Sequence record: OR525702.1
DNA: 64,000 bases
Source: Escherichia phage vB-Eco-KMB23
Reading direction: 5' to 3' (one strand)
Under the pieces are notes generated by a model, which worked only from the letters and a program-made list of their open reading frames with translations, searched no databases and was not told where the DNA came from. Position numbers and translations under genes: made by a program. Shown here one piece after another: positions 21,696-31,746 of this stretch. The first letter of the stretch is position 1, and each line of letters opens with the position of its first letter.

Positions 21696-22790
21696 ATGGC
21701 AATTGTTAAAGAAATAACTGCTGATTTAATTAAAAAGTCCGGTGAGAAAATTTCAGCCGGACAGAGTACTAAATCAGAAGTAGCAACTAAAACATACACT
21801 GCCCAGTTTCCAACTGGGCGTGCTAGTGGTAATGACACTACAGGGGACTTCCAGGTAACAGATCTATATAAGAATGGATTATTATTTACTGCATACAATA
21901 TGTCATCTAGGGATTCTGGAAGTCTTAGATCGATGAGATCTAACTACTCTTCTTCATCTTCGAGTATTTTAAGTACAGCTAGAAACACTATTAGTAGTAC
22001 AGTATCAAAACTATCAAATGGATTAATATCAAACAATAATTCAGGAACAATAAGTAAAGCTCCTGTGGCAAATATTCTTTTACCGAGATCTAAATCTGAC
22101 GTTGATACATCATCACATAGATTTAACGATGTCCAAGAAAGCCTTATCAGCAGAGGCGGAGGTACTGCTACTGGCGTGTTAAGTAATATTGCTTCAACTG
22201 CAGTATTTGGGGCACTGGAAAGTATAACGCAAGGTATAATGGCTGATAATAATGAACAGATTTATACGACAGCTAGAAGTATGTATGGCGGTGCTGAGAA
22301 TAGAACTAAAGTGTTTACATGGGATTTGACGCCACGTTCAACAGAAGATTTAATGGCTATTATTAATATCTATCAATATTTTAACTATTTTTCTTATGGT
22401 GAAACGGGTAAATCTCAATATGCTGCTGAAATAAAGGGGTATTTAGATGATTGGTATCGTTCTACGTTAATTGAACCTTTATCTCCGGAAGACGCAGCTA
22501 AAAATAAAACACTATTTGAGAAAATGACATCGAGTTTAACTAACGTTCTAGTAGTTTCAAACCCGACAATTTGGATGGTGAAAAACTTTGGCGCAACATC
22601 TAAGTTTGATGGAAAAACGGAAATATTTGGCCCATGCCAAATACAGAGCATCAGATTTGATAAAACACCTAATGGTAACTTTAACGGATTAGCTATTGCT
22701 CCAAACCTCCCTAGTACATTTACTCTTGAGATTACTATGAGAGAAATTATCACGTTAAACCGTGCTTCTTTATATGCGGGGACTTTTTAA
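21696..22790 (+). CDS. 48: baseplate tail tube cap
   Basis: 364 aa, matches T4 gp48. Confidence 0.85.
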   Translation: MAIVKEITADLIKKSGEKISAGQSTKSEVATKTYTAQFPTGRASGNDTTGDFQVTDLYKNGLLFTAYNMSSRDSGSLRSMRSNYSSSSSSILSTARNTISSTVSKLSNGLISNNNSGTISKAPVANILLPRSKSDVDTSSHRFNDVQESLISRGGGTATGVLSNIASTAVFGALESITQGIMADNNEQIYTTARSMYGGAENRTKVFTWDLTPRSTEDLMAIINIYQYFNYFSYGETGKSQYAAEIKGYLDDWYRSTLIEPLSPEDAAKNKTLFEKMTSSLTNVLVVSNPTIWMVKNFGATSKFDGKTEIFGPCQIQSIRFDKTPNGNFNGLAIAPNLPSTFTLEITMREIITLNRASLYAGTF

Positions 22791-23755
22791 TGTATTCTTT
22801 AGAGGAATTTAATAATCAAGCAATAAACGCAGATTTTCAACGTAATAATATGTTTAGCTGCGTTTTTGCGACAACTCCATCAACTAAAAGCTCTTCGTTG
22901 ATAAGTTCAATTAGTAACTTTTCTTATAATAACTTGGGTCTAAATTCAGATTGGTTAGGATTGACTCAAGGCGATATTAATCAGGGAATTACCACGCTAA
23001 TTACTGCTGGCACACAAAAACTGATAAGAAAATCAGGGGTTAGTAAATATCTTATTGGTGCCATGAGTCAACGTACAGTTCAAAGTTTATTGGGCTCATT
23101 TACAGTTGGTACATATTTAATTGACTTCTTTAACATGGCATATAACTCATCTGGATTGATGATATATTCTGTAAAAATGCCAGAGAATAGATTATCCTAT
23201 GAAACTGACTGGAACTATAATTCTCCTAATATTCGTATAACTGGGAGAGAATTAGACCCTTTGGTTATTTCATTTAGGATGGATTCAGAAGCTTGTAACT
23301 ATCGTGCGATGCAAGACTGGGTTAACGCTGTTCAAGACCCAGTAACTGGATTGCGTGCTTTGCCACAAGATGTCGAGGCAGATATTCAGGTTAATCTTCA
23401 TGCTCGTAATGGATTACCTCATACTGCGGTGATGTTCACTGGATGCATTCCAATATCAGTGAGCGCTCCTGAGTTATCATATGATGGAGATAACCAAATA
23501 ACTACATTTGATGTTACTTTTGCGTATAGAGTGATGCAGGCTGGAGCAGTTGATAGACAAGCTGCGCTTGAATGGCTTGAATCTGCTGCTATAAATGGTA
23601 TTCAAAGCGTTCTCGGAAATAGTGGAGGTGTTACTGGACTATCTAATTCGCTTTCACGACTCAGTAGATTAGGTGGAACTGCAGGAAGCATTTCAAACAT
23701 TAATACTATGACAGGAATTGTCAATTCGCAAAGTAAAATATTAGGAGCAATATAA
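22790..23755 (+). CDS. 54: baseplate tail tube initiator
   Basis: 321 aa, matches T4 gp54. Confidence 0.85.
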   Translation: MYSLEEFNNQAINADFQRNNMFSCVFATTPSTKSSSLISSISNFSYNNLGLNSDWLGLTQGDINQGITTLITAGTQKLIRKSGVSKYLIGAMSQRTVQSLLGSFTVGTYLIDFFNMAYNSSGLMIYSVKMPENRLSYETDWNYNSPNIRITGRELDPLVISFRMDSEACNYRAMQDWVNAVQDPVTGLRALPQDVEADIQVNLHARNGLPHTAVMFTGCIPISVSAPELSYDGDNQITTFDVTFAYRVMQAGAVDRQAALEWLESAAINGIQSVLGNSGGVTGLSNSLSRLSRLGGTAGSISNINTMTGIVNSQSKILGAI

Positions 23756-23759
23756 CAAC

Positions 23760-23777
23760 GGGGACCTTTCGGTCCCC
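23760..23777. terminator. bidirectional hairpin between gene 54 and the converging minus-strand ORF
   Basis: GGGGACC-tttc-GGTCCCC. Confidence 0.7.
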
Positions 23778-23783
23778 ATATTT

Positions 23784-24074
23784 TTATTTGCGGAATGAAA
23801 TGAAAGCAGAAACTGAAGCAACTAAACTATCTTCAATATAAACTTCAATTTTTACCGGAGCTTCTGACTCAAATTTACCTGTTACTACACCTTGGAAAAT
23901 ACTTTCAGTTTGTTCTGGCTTTGAAAAATTTTCAGAAGGAAAAATTCCGAACTTTTTATCTGTTCCAAAAATTTTAATAAATTCATCGTAAACTGCTTCA
24001 TTAAAAGCATTATCAACAGGAATAACGCCTTCAACTACAAGTTCTTGACCTAAAAAGCGTAAAGAAGATTTCAT
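23784..24074 (-). CDS. hypothetical protein (alt.-3 position)
   Basis: 96-aa ORF, ATG start with SD GAGGA. Confidence 0.6.
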   Translation of the reverse strand: MKSSLRFLGQELVVEGVIPVDNAFNEAVYDEFIKIFGTDKKFGIFPSENFSKPEQTESIFQGVVTGKFESEAPVKIEVYIEDSLVASVSAFISFRK

Positions 24075-24081
24075 TTTGTGT

Positions 24082-24135
24082 TCCTCATGTTATGTCAGTA
24101 AGACTACTATAACACAACACGAGGGACTTGTAAAC
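24082..24135 (-). promoter_or_regulatory. early sigma70-type promoter cassette, copy A (identical to 39407..39460)
   Basis: Minus strand reads GTTTAC, 17 nt, TTATAGT with upstream TG, then SD GAGGA and ATG of the 96-aa ORF. Confidence 0.6.
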
Positions 24136-26192
24136 TACATTTTGAACTTTTTAGACATTCCGTTGATGTTAACCAAAGAAGCTAAGATTTGAGAAACTTC
24201 GTTTTCCTCTTCTTTTGATTCTTCTACAAGGAATTGATTAAATCCAGTCATTGGACGAACTTCACCAGTTTCCATTAAATGGTCGCCATCATATACTGAT
24301 TCTTCTAATTGTTCAGAAGGAGGAACGATTGTGCCTTCGATTAAATACTTGTTATAAGCAGTTTCTTTCATCATGTACGTGCTCACTTTATTAATCTTCA
24401 GCAAAATTCCACGCGGTAAAATAACTTCAGCTTCTGATGGAAATCCTGATAAATGACCTGGAACGATAACTTTGATTCGCTCAGCCCCTTTAATTACCAT
24501 ACCTACGCTAGTTTCAGCATCTTCATTAGCATATGCGGAATGACTACCCATATGCATTAAATCTTCAGCATCAACTGAACCTTCTCCTTCACCAGAAAAT
24601 ACTGCACTGGAATCATCTAAAGCCATATAGTTTTTACCATACTCACCGAAGATATTTGGTTTAAGCGATGTTGATACGAAGTTCTTGAAATAGAACATTT
24701 TATTTTCAATATTATGGCGTAAAGTTTTAAAAGTAACTTCTTGTCCACGATAAAGCGTAGTTCCTGGAGGAAGAACTGATCCTTTGGCGAATGCAGAATC
24801 CAGCGTCTCGATGTGTTTAATAGCTCGTTCCATGTATTCTTCACGAGTAGAATCTGGTTTACCCAAGAGGAACGAGTTCATTTCAACATATGAATCTGCA
24901 CAATAATCTTCAATTACATCGGACTCAGCCTGAGTTAATCCTTTTGGGGGTACTTCAGTACTTGCATATTCATACGCTTGAGAAGCAGACTCATTAATCA
25001 ATTTATAAATGCCATTCATGACAAATTGAATAATAGCTACCTTTTCATCTGGCGTGGCTTTAGAACCTTTAACTAAATCATTGACAATTTTCTTAATAAC
25101 ATCAAAGCTATTAGAAATATTAATGTCAGCAAGATCGCTCAAAATTTTATCGGTTTTATAATCAAAGAATTCTTTATTCTTTAAATATTCCTGAGAACCT
25201 TGATATGTTATATCGCTCTGTAATTTAATAGATGGATCACGTAAACGCGCATGGGCCAATGCAATATGATTTCGGAAGCTTTCTAGTTCATAATCGTTAG
25301 ATTTAAAACGAGAAGCACTCCTCATACCACCGATAGCTCCTTTGCTGAAGTTTGAACCAATCTGAATAACGCCAGAGTTCATTGGTCCTTCTGCTTTATA
25401 TACCGGAACTTTAGATTCAAACTCTTGATATTTCTTAGCGGCGAAGCTATCACCCTGAAGTGAAGCATCAACAGTAGAATATTGAGCTTGTGCTGCTAAT
25501 CGACGACTAATTTTAGTTTTCTGAATAACAGCTTGATCCGTGCGCTTATCATTTTCTAAAGCAATAGAAGCAGCAACAGCAACAGCTTTAGGAACAGCAT
25601 TACCTGTTTTAACATCTACATAAACATCACCAACCTTTGATTCAACTTTTGTGAATAACTCAGTTGAAATAGGAGGTACACCTGGAATGTCTTCTAAATT
25701 GGCATTTTTACGGTAAACCATAATATATGCATACTTTTTATCATAATCCCAGATTTCCTTTAAAAGAACATATCGACCTGCTCCTTTAGTACGTACTAAA
25801 CGGTCAGCAATAACTTGCATTTGACGAGCAGCGCCATTTGTTTTACTTTTTAGTACGCGGAATAGGCATGCGTCAATTTTATACTGTTTCATTGTTTGAA
25901 GAGCAGTATCAAAAACCGCATTAATGACACCAATTGGATTTCCACCCAAGTTTTTAAGTTTAACTAATGATAGTTTCTCATTAACACCTATCATTACGAT
26001 ATGCATCATTTTATCGCCTGGCTTAACGTTTTTATTTGTATCACCGCCAGAGGTGTATGTACAAAATCTAAATCCAGGAAGCACGCTTTCTTCACCAGCT
26101 TGAATAGCAAAAATTTGAGGTATTTTATGCTTAGGATTTAAGTTAACAACCGGCGCCGAAGCGCCGTCAAATAATTCTGTAATAAGTTCCAT
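24135..26192 (-). CDS. Alt-family ADP-ribosyltransferase paralog
   Basis: 685 aa; N-terminus MELITELFD shared with Alt; C-terminal YRG, VSTS and EAEVILPRG motifs (R-S-E ART signature). Confidence 0.8.
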   Translation of the reverse strand: MELITELFDGASAPVVNLNPKHKIPQIFAIQAGEESVLPGFRFCTYTSGGDTNKNVKPGDKMMHIVMIGVNEKLSLVKLKNLGGNPIGVINAVFDTALQTMKQYKIDACLFRVLKSKTNGAARQMQVIADRLVRTKGAGRYVLLKEIWDYDKKYAYIMVYRKNANLEDIPGVPPISTELFTKVESKVGDVYVDVKTGNAVPKAVAVAASIALENDKRTDQAVIQKTKISRRLAAQAQYSTVDASLQGDSFAAKKYQEFESKVPVYKAEGPMNSGVIQIGSNFSKGAIGGMRSASRFKSNDYELESFRNHIALAHARLRDPSIKLQSDITYQGSQEYLKNKEFFDYKTDKILSDLADINISNSFDVIKKIVNDLVKGSKATPDEKVAIIQFVMNGIYKLINESASQAYEYASTEVPPKGLTQAESDVIEDYCADSYVEMNSFLLGKPDSTREEYMERAIKHIETLDSAFAKGSVLPPGTTLYRGQEVTFKTLRHNIENKMFYFKNFVSTSLKPNIFGEYGKNYMALDDSSAVFSGEGEGSVDAEDLMHMGSHSAYANEDAETSVGMVIKGAERIKVIVPGHLSGFPSEAEVILPRGILLKINKVSTYMMKETAYNKYLIEGTIVPPSEQLEESVYDGDHLMETGEVRPMTGFNQFLVEESKEEENEVSQILASLVNINGMSKKFKM

Positions 26193-26195
26193 GAT

Positions 26196-28289
26196 TTATC
26201 CTTGAACGAACTTGTAAGGCATGTTTGTAATATCTATGCAAGACGCAATAATTCCAAGAGATGATTCTACTTTTTGTTTAACATTTGATGAAACAAATGA
26301 TGCAAAATCAACTCTGTCTTCTATTTCAATATCACCTGTCATTGCAACTACTTCACCAGTTTCCATTAGACGATCACCGTCATAAATTACTGATTCGGTG
26401 AGTTCTTCCGTAGTCATAACTTCAGCTTGAATGAGTTTTGTATTATTAGATGTTGTTCCGTCATTATTAGAAGCATCAGTTATTTTATTAACTTTGACCA
26501 TCAATCCGCGTGGTAGAATAACTTCAGCTTCTGTTGCTATTCCGAGACTTCCTGGATATACAACATTAACTTTATGAGCTCCATCAATTGCCCATCCTAT
26601 TTGAACTTTAACGTATTCAGGATTTTCTTTATACGCTCTTATTTCGTTTGGATTAATAGTTATTCCTTCTTCATTTTTATCAACTGTCAATTCATTACGA
26701 GCTTCTGGTTCTAAAAGACCAATACCAGCATGTGTAATTCCAAAACGTCCAAAAATGATAGGAGTTAAAGAAGTAGATACAAAATTTCTGAAATAGAATA
26801 CTTTATTTTTAACTAGTGCTTCGTATATAGGAGCAGTCATACTTTGAGCACGATAAACTGTAATGCCTTCTGGTATACGGTCACCATTTTCAAAAGCTGA
26901 ATCTAAGTTATTTATAGCAGATTCAATTTCTTTTTCACTCATTACATCATATCGTTCTGGATTGTAGCGTCCTAAAAGAAGATTATTGATGTCAGTATAT
27001 CCTGAACCACAATACTCTCTAATACCACGCTTTTGTGATGGAGTATATTTAGAACCATCACGAGCAATAGTAATATCAATCATTGGACCTGCACCAATTC
27101 CAGAAAAGCTATAAATCATTCGTTTGAGGAATTTAGTTTTTGCTGCGTTCCAGGAATTTTTAGTTATTTCTTCCCAGACTTCATCTGACTGCCCTTTACG
27201 AGTTTTATTATGTTTATCAAGCCAATTATCTTTATATTCTTCAAAGAATTGATTAACAGCTGCTGCGTATTTCTCTAAACATTTTATTGAAGTAGTTGGT
27301 TCATTTTTAATCGCATTAAGAATTACATCTTTAATTTTTTCAGAAACTTCATTAACCTCACTTTTTGAAAAGAATTTATAGTCATAATGAAGTTCATCTG
27401 CAGTTCCTTCAGCAATAATTTTTGCTGCTTTAGTTTTAGAAGCCAATGAATTAATTCCAAGTTTCATTTCTTCTGCTTCGGGAATTAAAGGAGCGGTAGC
27501 AGGTTTATTGAAATTAGCTGCGGTAGATTCATACTTCTGGAATAATTCACTTTCAAATCTAGAAGATTCTAATGATTGACTTTGTGCAATTGCTCTACGG
27601 GAAATTTTAACTTTAACGATTACAGCTTGGTCAGAACGTTTATCATTTTCTTGCGCAATAGATGCAGCAATTGCCTCATTTTTAGTTACTTGAGCTCCAG
27701 TATCTTTATTGATATAAACATCACCGACCTTCGATTCAACTTTAGTAAAGAGCTCGGTACTAATTTCCGGAACTCCTGGAATGTCTTCTAGTGATACATT
27801 TTTGCGATGTATAAGAATATATGCATACTTTTTATCGTAATCCCAGAGTTCCTTAAGAAGGACGTATCTGCCACCTGAACGACTGCGGATAAGTCTATCA
27901 GCAATAAGTTGAATTTGACGAGCTTGACCAGCAGTTTTAGACTTAAGAATACGGAGCATACAGGCATCAATTTTATACTGACGCATCGTCTGCATCGCAA
28001 CAGTAAAAACTGAATTGATGTAATTAATTGGGCTTGGACCGAGACCTTTTAATTTAGCAATTGAACCTTTAGCAGTTAATGTAAAAGGAACAATATGCAT
28101 CATTTTATCGCCCATCTTTAAATCGCGATTAGTATCACCTCCAGATGTATAGGTACATAAACGAAAGCCTGGTTGTTCAATTGCGTCATCAACATGAACT
28201 GAAAAAATTTGTGGTATTTTCTTCTTTGGATTTAAGTTTGTAATCGGAAGAGTAGTATCTTCGTCAAATAATTCTGTAATGAGTTCCAT
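26196..28289 (-). CDS. alt: ADP-ribosyltransferase Alt
   Basis: About 697 aa; MELITELFDEDTTLPITNL matches T4 Alt; ART motifs present; second ATG chosen for SD spacing. Confidence 0.85.
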   Translation of the reverse strand: MELITELFDEDTTLPITNLNPKKKIPQIFSVHVDDAIEQPGFRLCTYTSGGDTNRDLKMGDKMMHIVPFTLTAKGSIAKLKGLGPSPINYINSVFTVAMQTMRQYKIDACMLRILKSKTAGQARQIQLIADRLIRSRSGGRYVLLKELWDYDKKYAYILIHRKNVSLEDIPGVPEISTELFTKVESKVGDVYINKDTGAQVTKNEAIAASIAQENDKRSDQAVIVKVKISRRAIAQSQSLESSRFESELFQKYESTAANFNKPATAPLIPEAEEMKLGINSLASKTKAAKIIAEGTADELHYDYKFFSKSEVNEVSEKIKDVILNAIKNEPTTSIKCLEKYAAAVNQFFEEYKDNWLDKHNKTRKGQSDEVWEEITKNSWNAAKTKFLKRMIYSFSGIGAGPMIDITIARDGSKYTPSQKRGIREYCGSGYTDINNLLLGRYNPERYDVMSEKEIESAINNLDSAFENGDRIPEGITVYRAQSMTAPIYEALVKNKVFYFRNFVSTSLTPIIFGRFGITHAGIGLLEPEARNELTVDKNEEGITINPNEIRAYKENPEYVKVQIGWAIDGAHKVNVVYPGSLGIATEAEVILPRGLMVKVNKITDASNNDGTTSNNTKLIQAEVMTTEELTESVIYDGDRLMETGEVVAMTGDIEIEDRVDFASFVSSNVKQKVESSLGIIASCIDITNMPYKFVQG

Positions 28290-28312
28290 CATATCCTCTC
28301 TAGTGTTTATTC

Positions 28313-28320
28313 TATTTATA
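28313..28320 (-). promoter_or_regulatory. late promoter motif TATAAATA for alt
   Basis: Reverse complement of tatttata about 20 bp upstream of alt start. Confidence 0.6.
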
Positions 28321-28325
28321 AAATT

Positions 28326-28343
28326 AAAGGCCCGAAGGCCTTT
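28326..28343 (-). terminator. hairpin between the 62-aa ORF and alt
   Basis: AAAGGCC-cgaa-GGCCTTT. Confidence 0.55.
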
Positions 28344-28530
28344 AATAATCTATTGGTAAGAGAGTACGATATATTTCAAACTTTGGACCTTTTTCATAAG
28401 CATCAAATGTTTCTGTGAATTTATTATAAGCATATGCATCTATAAATTCAATCATAATTTGTGATACAGAAGTAGAAACATCTCCACCTTCTTTTTGAGC
28501 AACGACAATTGTTTCTAAGTAAGCTTTCAT
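28342..28530 (-). CDS. hypothetical small protein
   Basis: 62-aa ORF, ATG start overlapping gene 30 stop. Confidence 0.5.
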   Translation of the reverse strand: MKAYLETIVVAQKEGGDVSTSVSQIMIEFIDAYAYNKFTETFDAYEKGPKFEIYRTLLPIDY

Positions 28531-29990
28531 AGACCAGTTACCTCATGAAAATCACCAAATACATCCTCGAATGTATTAGCTTTAGTTTTATCTTCACGTA
28601 AACGAATCGCAATTGGAAGAAATAATTTTACATAATCGGTGCGGCCATCAGATTTTAGCCAACCGTTGCATTCGCACTCTAGAATTTTTCCAATATAATA
28701 ATTTTGGTTTTCCATAATGCGAGTACGGTCAAGTTCATGTGATTTTACACCGGCTTTATCTTTTAAGCCTGAACCAGCATTTACTTTAATTTTTCCACAC
28801 TCTGATTCAAGAATAAATCCACCTGCTTTAGTAGGGTCTTTACGGTGAGGATAAATTCCTACAATTTTTAAATCAACATCAATTACTTCTTTAAATTTAT
28901 AGAGATTTTTTGAACGAGCATTTTCCCACAATCCATCGGTATTTTTGAGAATAATACCTTCAAGACCTTGGTCAATATATTTTTTATAAATTACCTTAGC
29001 TTCATCTAGGTTATTTACTACCTGGTTTTCAATTAAAATTACTTTATCATAGCCTGATGTCATTTGTTCTAGTTTAGAAAAACGTACATCATATTTTAAA
29101 CGAAACGCCGGAAGACCATATATTTCTACTAATGGAACATAGTCCCAGACCTGAAACTTCATGCATTGTGCTTCTTTTTCAGAAATGGTTCCCTTTAAAG
29201 ATTTATTAGCGATTCCATTAGAAGTAGTACGTGATTCAGCTACTTCAGCGAATTCTTTAGCTTTACTAATTTCAGGATAAGCATCAAAAAGAAAATCTAG
29301 GCCTTCTGGTTCCTTTTCAACTTGCTCATGGTATACCAATTCGCCATCAATTAACACACCTTCTGGATGAATCTGGCGGGCTTCAGCGGTCATTTTGATT
29401 AACTCTTCTTTAAGAAGATCTAATCCTAGATATTCATTACCAGCTCGTGATAAAAGACGAACATCATCTAATTCATCACCTCTGACTTCAGCAAAGCACC
29501 GAGCTCCATCAGCTTTTAATTGGGCAAAGGCTGGAAATTTGATATTCTTATTAATGCCTTTTTCATCATAAGAACTTGCCAGCATTTGAGGTTGTTCAGG
29601 AATTAAACCTGGCCAAACTTTGTTTGCAATAGATACTGAAGCACCGCATTCAAGGTCTCGCATCATCACTCGACGCAAAACTTCAACATCATCTTTTTTA
29701 CCATCGGTGATATATCCAATTAATTCCTCAATTGCCGCATTTCCAGTCAATTTCCGAGTAGCTAACGTGAATTCAATGAAGTCAAGCATATCGGTAATAG
29801 TCAGCATCCCAAAACTCTGGGTAGCAATACCGGGTTTAGGCCATTTCTTTATATAATACTGTAACCCACGAGAATAAGTCAGACGATATACTCGTTTGAG
29901 CAATTCATTATCTTTATTCTTTTCAAGAATTGCTTGCTTCTGCTTAGTTGAACCAATAGATGCTATTTCGTTCAGAATTTTAAGAATCAT
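28527..29990 (-). CDS. 30: ATP-dependent DNA ligase
   Basis: 487 aa, matches T4 DNA ligase length and sequence from memory. Confidence 0.9.
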   Translation of the reverse strand: MILKILNEIASIGSTKQKQAILEKNKDNELLKRVYRLTYSRGLQYYIKKWPKPGIATQSFGMLTITDMLDFIEFTLATRKLTGNAAIEELIGYITDGKKDDVEVLRRVMMRDLECGASVSIANKVWPGLIPEQPQMLASSYDEKGINKNIKFPAFAQLKADGARCFAEVRGDELDDVRLLSRAGNEYLGLDLLKEELIKMTAEARQIHPEGVLIDGELVYHEQVEKEPEGLDFLFDAYPEISKAKEFAEVAESRTTSNGIANKSLKGTISEKEAQCMKFQVWDYVPLVEIYGLPAFRLKYDVRFSKLEQMTSGYDKVILIENQVVNNLDEAKVIYKKYIDQGLEGIILKNTDGLWENARSKNLYKFKEVIDVDLKIVGIYPHRKDPTKAGGFILESECGKIKVNAGSGLKDKAGVKSHELDRTRIMENQNYYIGKILECECNGWLKSDGRTDYVKLFLPIAIRLREDKTKANTFEDVFGDFHEVTGL

Positions 29991-30256
29991 TGTTCATCCT
30001 TTAGAGTTTGGTTTACAGCTCTATTATAAATCAATTCATCATTAAGCTCAGTCAAAGACCTATGGTACGTGGTTCTAACTTTATTTCCTTGCATCCAATG
30101 CTTGACGTAAATGAAACCTTGCTCTACACATTTTTTAAAAATTCGTTCGTCTTTTTGAGCTCGGAATTCTGGATTGCATCTAAAAAATTGATTTACGTGA
30201 CCGTAATCACGTGTAGTATTACCTTCATTTTCATAAATAGTGTGAACAACAAACAT
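29987..30256 (-). CDS. hypothetical protein
   Basis: 89-aa ORF, ATG start. Confidence 0.55.
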   Translation of the reverse strand: MFVVHTIYENEGNTTRDYGHVNQFFRCNPEFRAQKDERIFKKCVEQGFIYVKHWMQGNKVRTTYHRSLTELNDELIYNRAVNQTLKDEQ

Positions 30257-31092
30257 TAGAATGCTCCTTGGAAAATATTATCACCACTAGTAGGTCTATT
30301 ATACAAATACTCTATACCACCGGGTTTAATATAGTTCCATGTCTGAAACGGATGCGTCTGATATGGATGATATGGATTATAAGGATTAAATCCAGGAGTT
30401 CTCCAGGTAGTGTTCCAACGAAAAGAATCATTTTTAATCATCTTTTCAATTACATCTTTTATAGCTTTTTCACTATCAAAACTTTCTTTATTTTCCTTCG
30501 GTGAAAAAAGCTTATTCTCTACATCGTTCCATGTATAAACTCGCTGAGCGGTTTTTGGAATACTGTCACGTTCCCCTCGAGCCATCCAATACACAGGAAC
30601 ACGTAATATTTCACTCGCATGATCGCAGTGGTGAGCGAGATCGTCAATATAACAAATTACGTTATATTTCTCTTTTGCCTTTTTGAACAACTCTTCTTTT
30701 GAAGAATCATGACCACACATCATTACTTCTGAGAAGGCACCAGGAAAAAGAGCATTCAAATTAAATTGACGATTCAACAGAGCGTCAATAGAATCACCCA
30801 ATGCTGTAACAGCTACAAAATTATAATCTTCTTTTAATTTGTTAATTACACACAGAGCATCTTTATATGGAGACAAGTAACGAATAAAATCTGATCGATT
30901 GTATTTTTCAATTAGCTTAACGCCAAGTTCTTCATCACAGTTAAAGAGTTTACCAGGAGAAATAAATTTCTCATCCTGGATCATTTTTAAAATATGTTCT
31001 AACGGAAGATTATATTTCTGAGCAAAATAAGGAAGGCCTGATTGCCAGCTTAAACATACTCCATCAATATCAGTTAAAATAGTAAGCTTCAT
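30256..31092 (-). CDS. HAD-superfamily hydrolase-like protein
   Basis: 278 aa; N-terminal ILTDIDGV resembles HAD motif I (DxDG). Confidence 0.6.
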   Translation of the reverse strand: MKLTILTDIDGVCLSWQSGLPYFAQKYNLPLEHILKMIQDEKFISPGKLFNCDEELGVKLIEKYNRSDFIRYLSPYKDALCVINKLKEDYNFVAVTALGDSIDALLNRQFNLNALFPGAFSEVMMCGHDSSKEELFKKAKEKYNVICYIDDLAHHCDHASEILRVPVYWMARGERDSIPKTAQRVYTWNDVENKLFSPKENKESFDSEKAIKDVIEKMIKNDSFRWNTTWRTPGFNPYNPYHPYQTHPFQTWNYIKPGGIEYLYNRPTSGDNIFQGAF

Positions 31093-31547
31093 AGAGAGTC
31101 TCTTAATAGGTTTAACACATCAATAAATTCAGCTTCGGTTAGTATTGTATCATCTTTTGTTAGACCACTAGCCATGCTGTGCTTCAAAACTTTTCCTTTC
31201 GAGGCTTGTAATGCATCACGAAAGCCCCTGTTTTGGATCGCTGCTTCAAAATATGCATTTGTGTATAATTCTTTCCACGCTGGGGAGTATCTTGAAAACG
31301 GAACTCCAAGCCAGAAGAGGGTCCCACGGTCCTGAGCTCTTGCATAAGACCTTCCAGCTTGTTGGGCGGCAAGACCGGATAACCCAAATATACGACGTTG
31401 TTGTTCAACATTTTTCACCTTGCACCCTTGGAGGAATCCTTCAAGACCTCCAAATTGAATACCATCCATAACGAAAGGCCATTGGGCGAAATTACTTAAT
31501 GCACATGATGGCCACCTAAAATTGCTTCTAATCTCTAACTCAGACAT
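31089..31547 (-). CDS. NADAR (YbiA-like) domain protein, putative ADP-ribose-processing enzyme
   Basis: LSNFAQWPFVMDGIQFGGLEGFLQGCKV resembles the NADAR core (compare E. coli YbiA FSNFAAWP..DG....EHYFQAQKF); first ATG is third codon of track ORF. Confidence 0.55.
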   Translation of the reverse strand: MSELEIRSNFRWPSCALSNFAQWPFVMDGIQFGGLEGFLQGCKVKNVEQQRRIFGLSGLAAQQAGRSYARAQDRGTLFWLGVPFSRYSPAWKELYTNAYFEAAIQNRGFRDALQASKGKVLKHSMASGLTKDDTILTEAEFIDVLNLLRDSL

Positions 31548-31746
31548 TTTCAATGCTTATAATTTCAACATCAGCCCAATGACCATAGCAAGGAAGACGA
31601 AATTCAACTGGCCAGTTAGGGTCCTTTTCTAATATAATAGACTCAACTTGTGGTTCTTCATGTTCATCAGTATATGGATTTTTATCTGTTACTTTATATG
31701 TGACCTTAATGTACTGAATTCCAAAAATCTTATTAATTATATTCAT
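31540..31746 (-). CDS. hypothetical protein
   Basis: 68-aa ORF. Confidence 0.5.
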   Translation of the reverse strand: MNIINKIFGIQYIKVTYKVTDKNPYTDEHEEPQVESIILEKDPNWPVEFRLPCYGHWADVEIISIENV

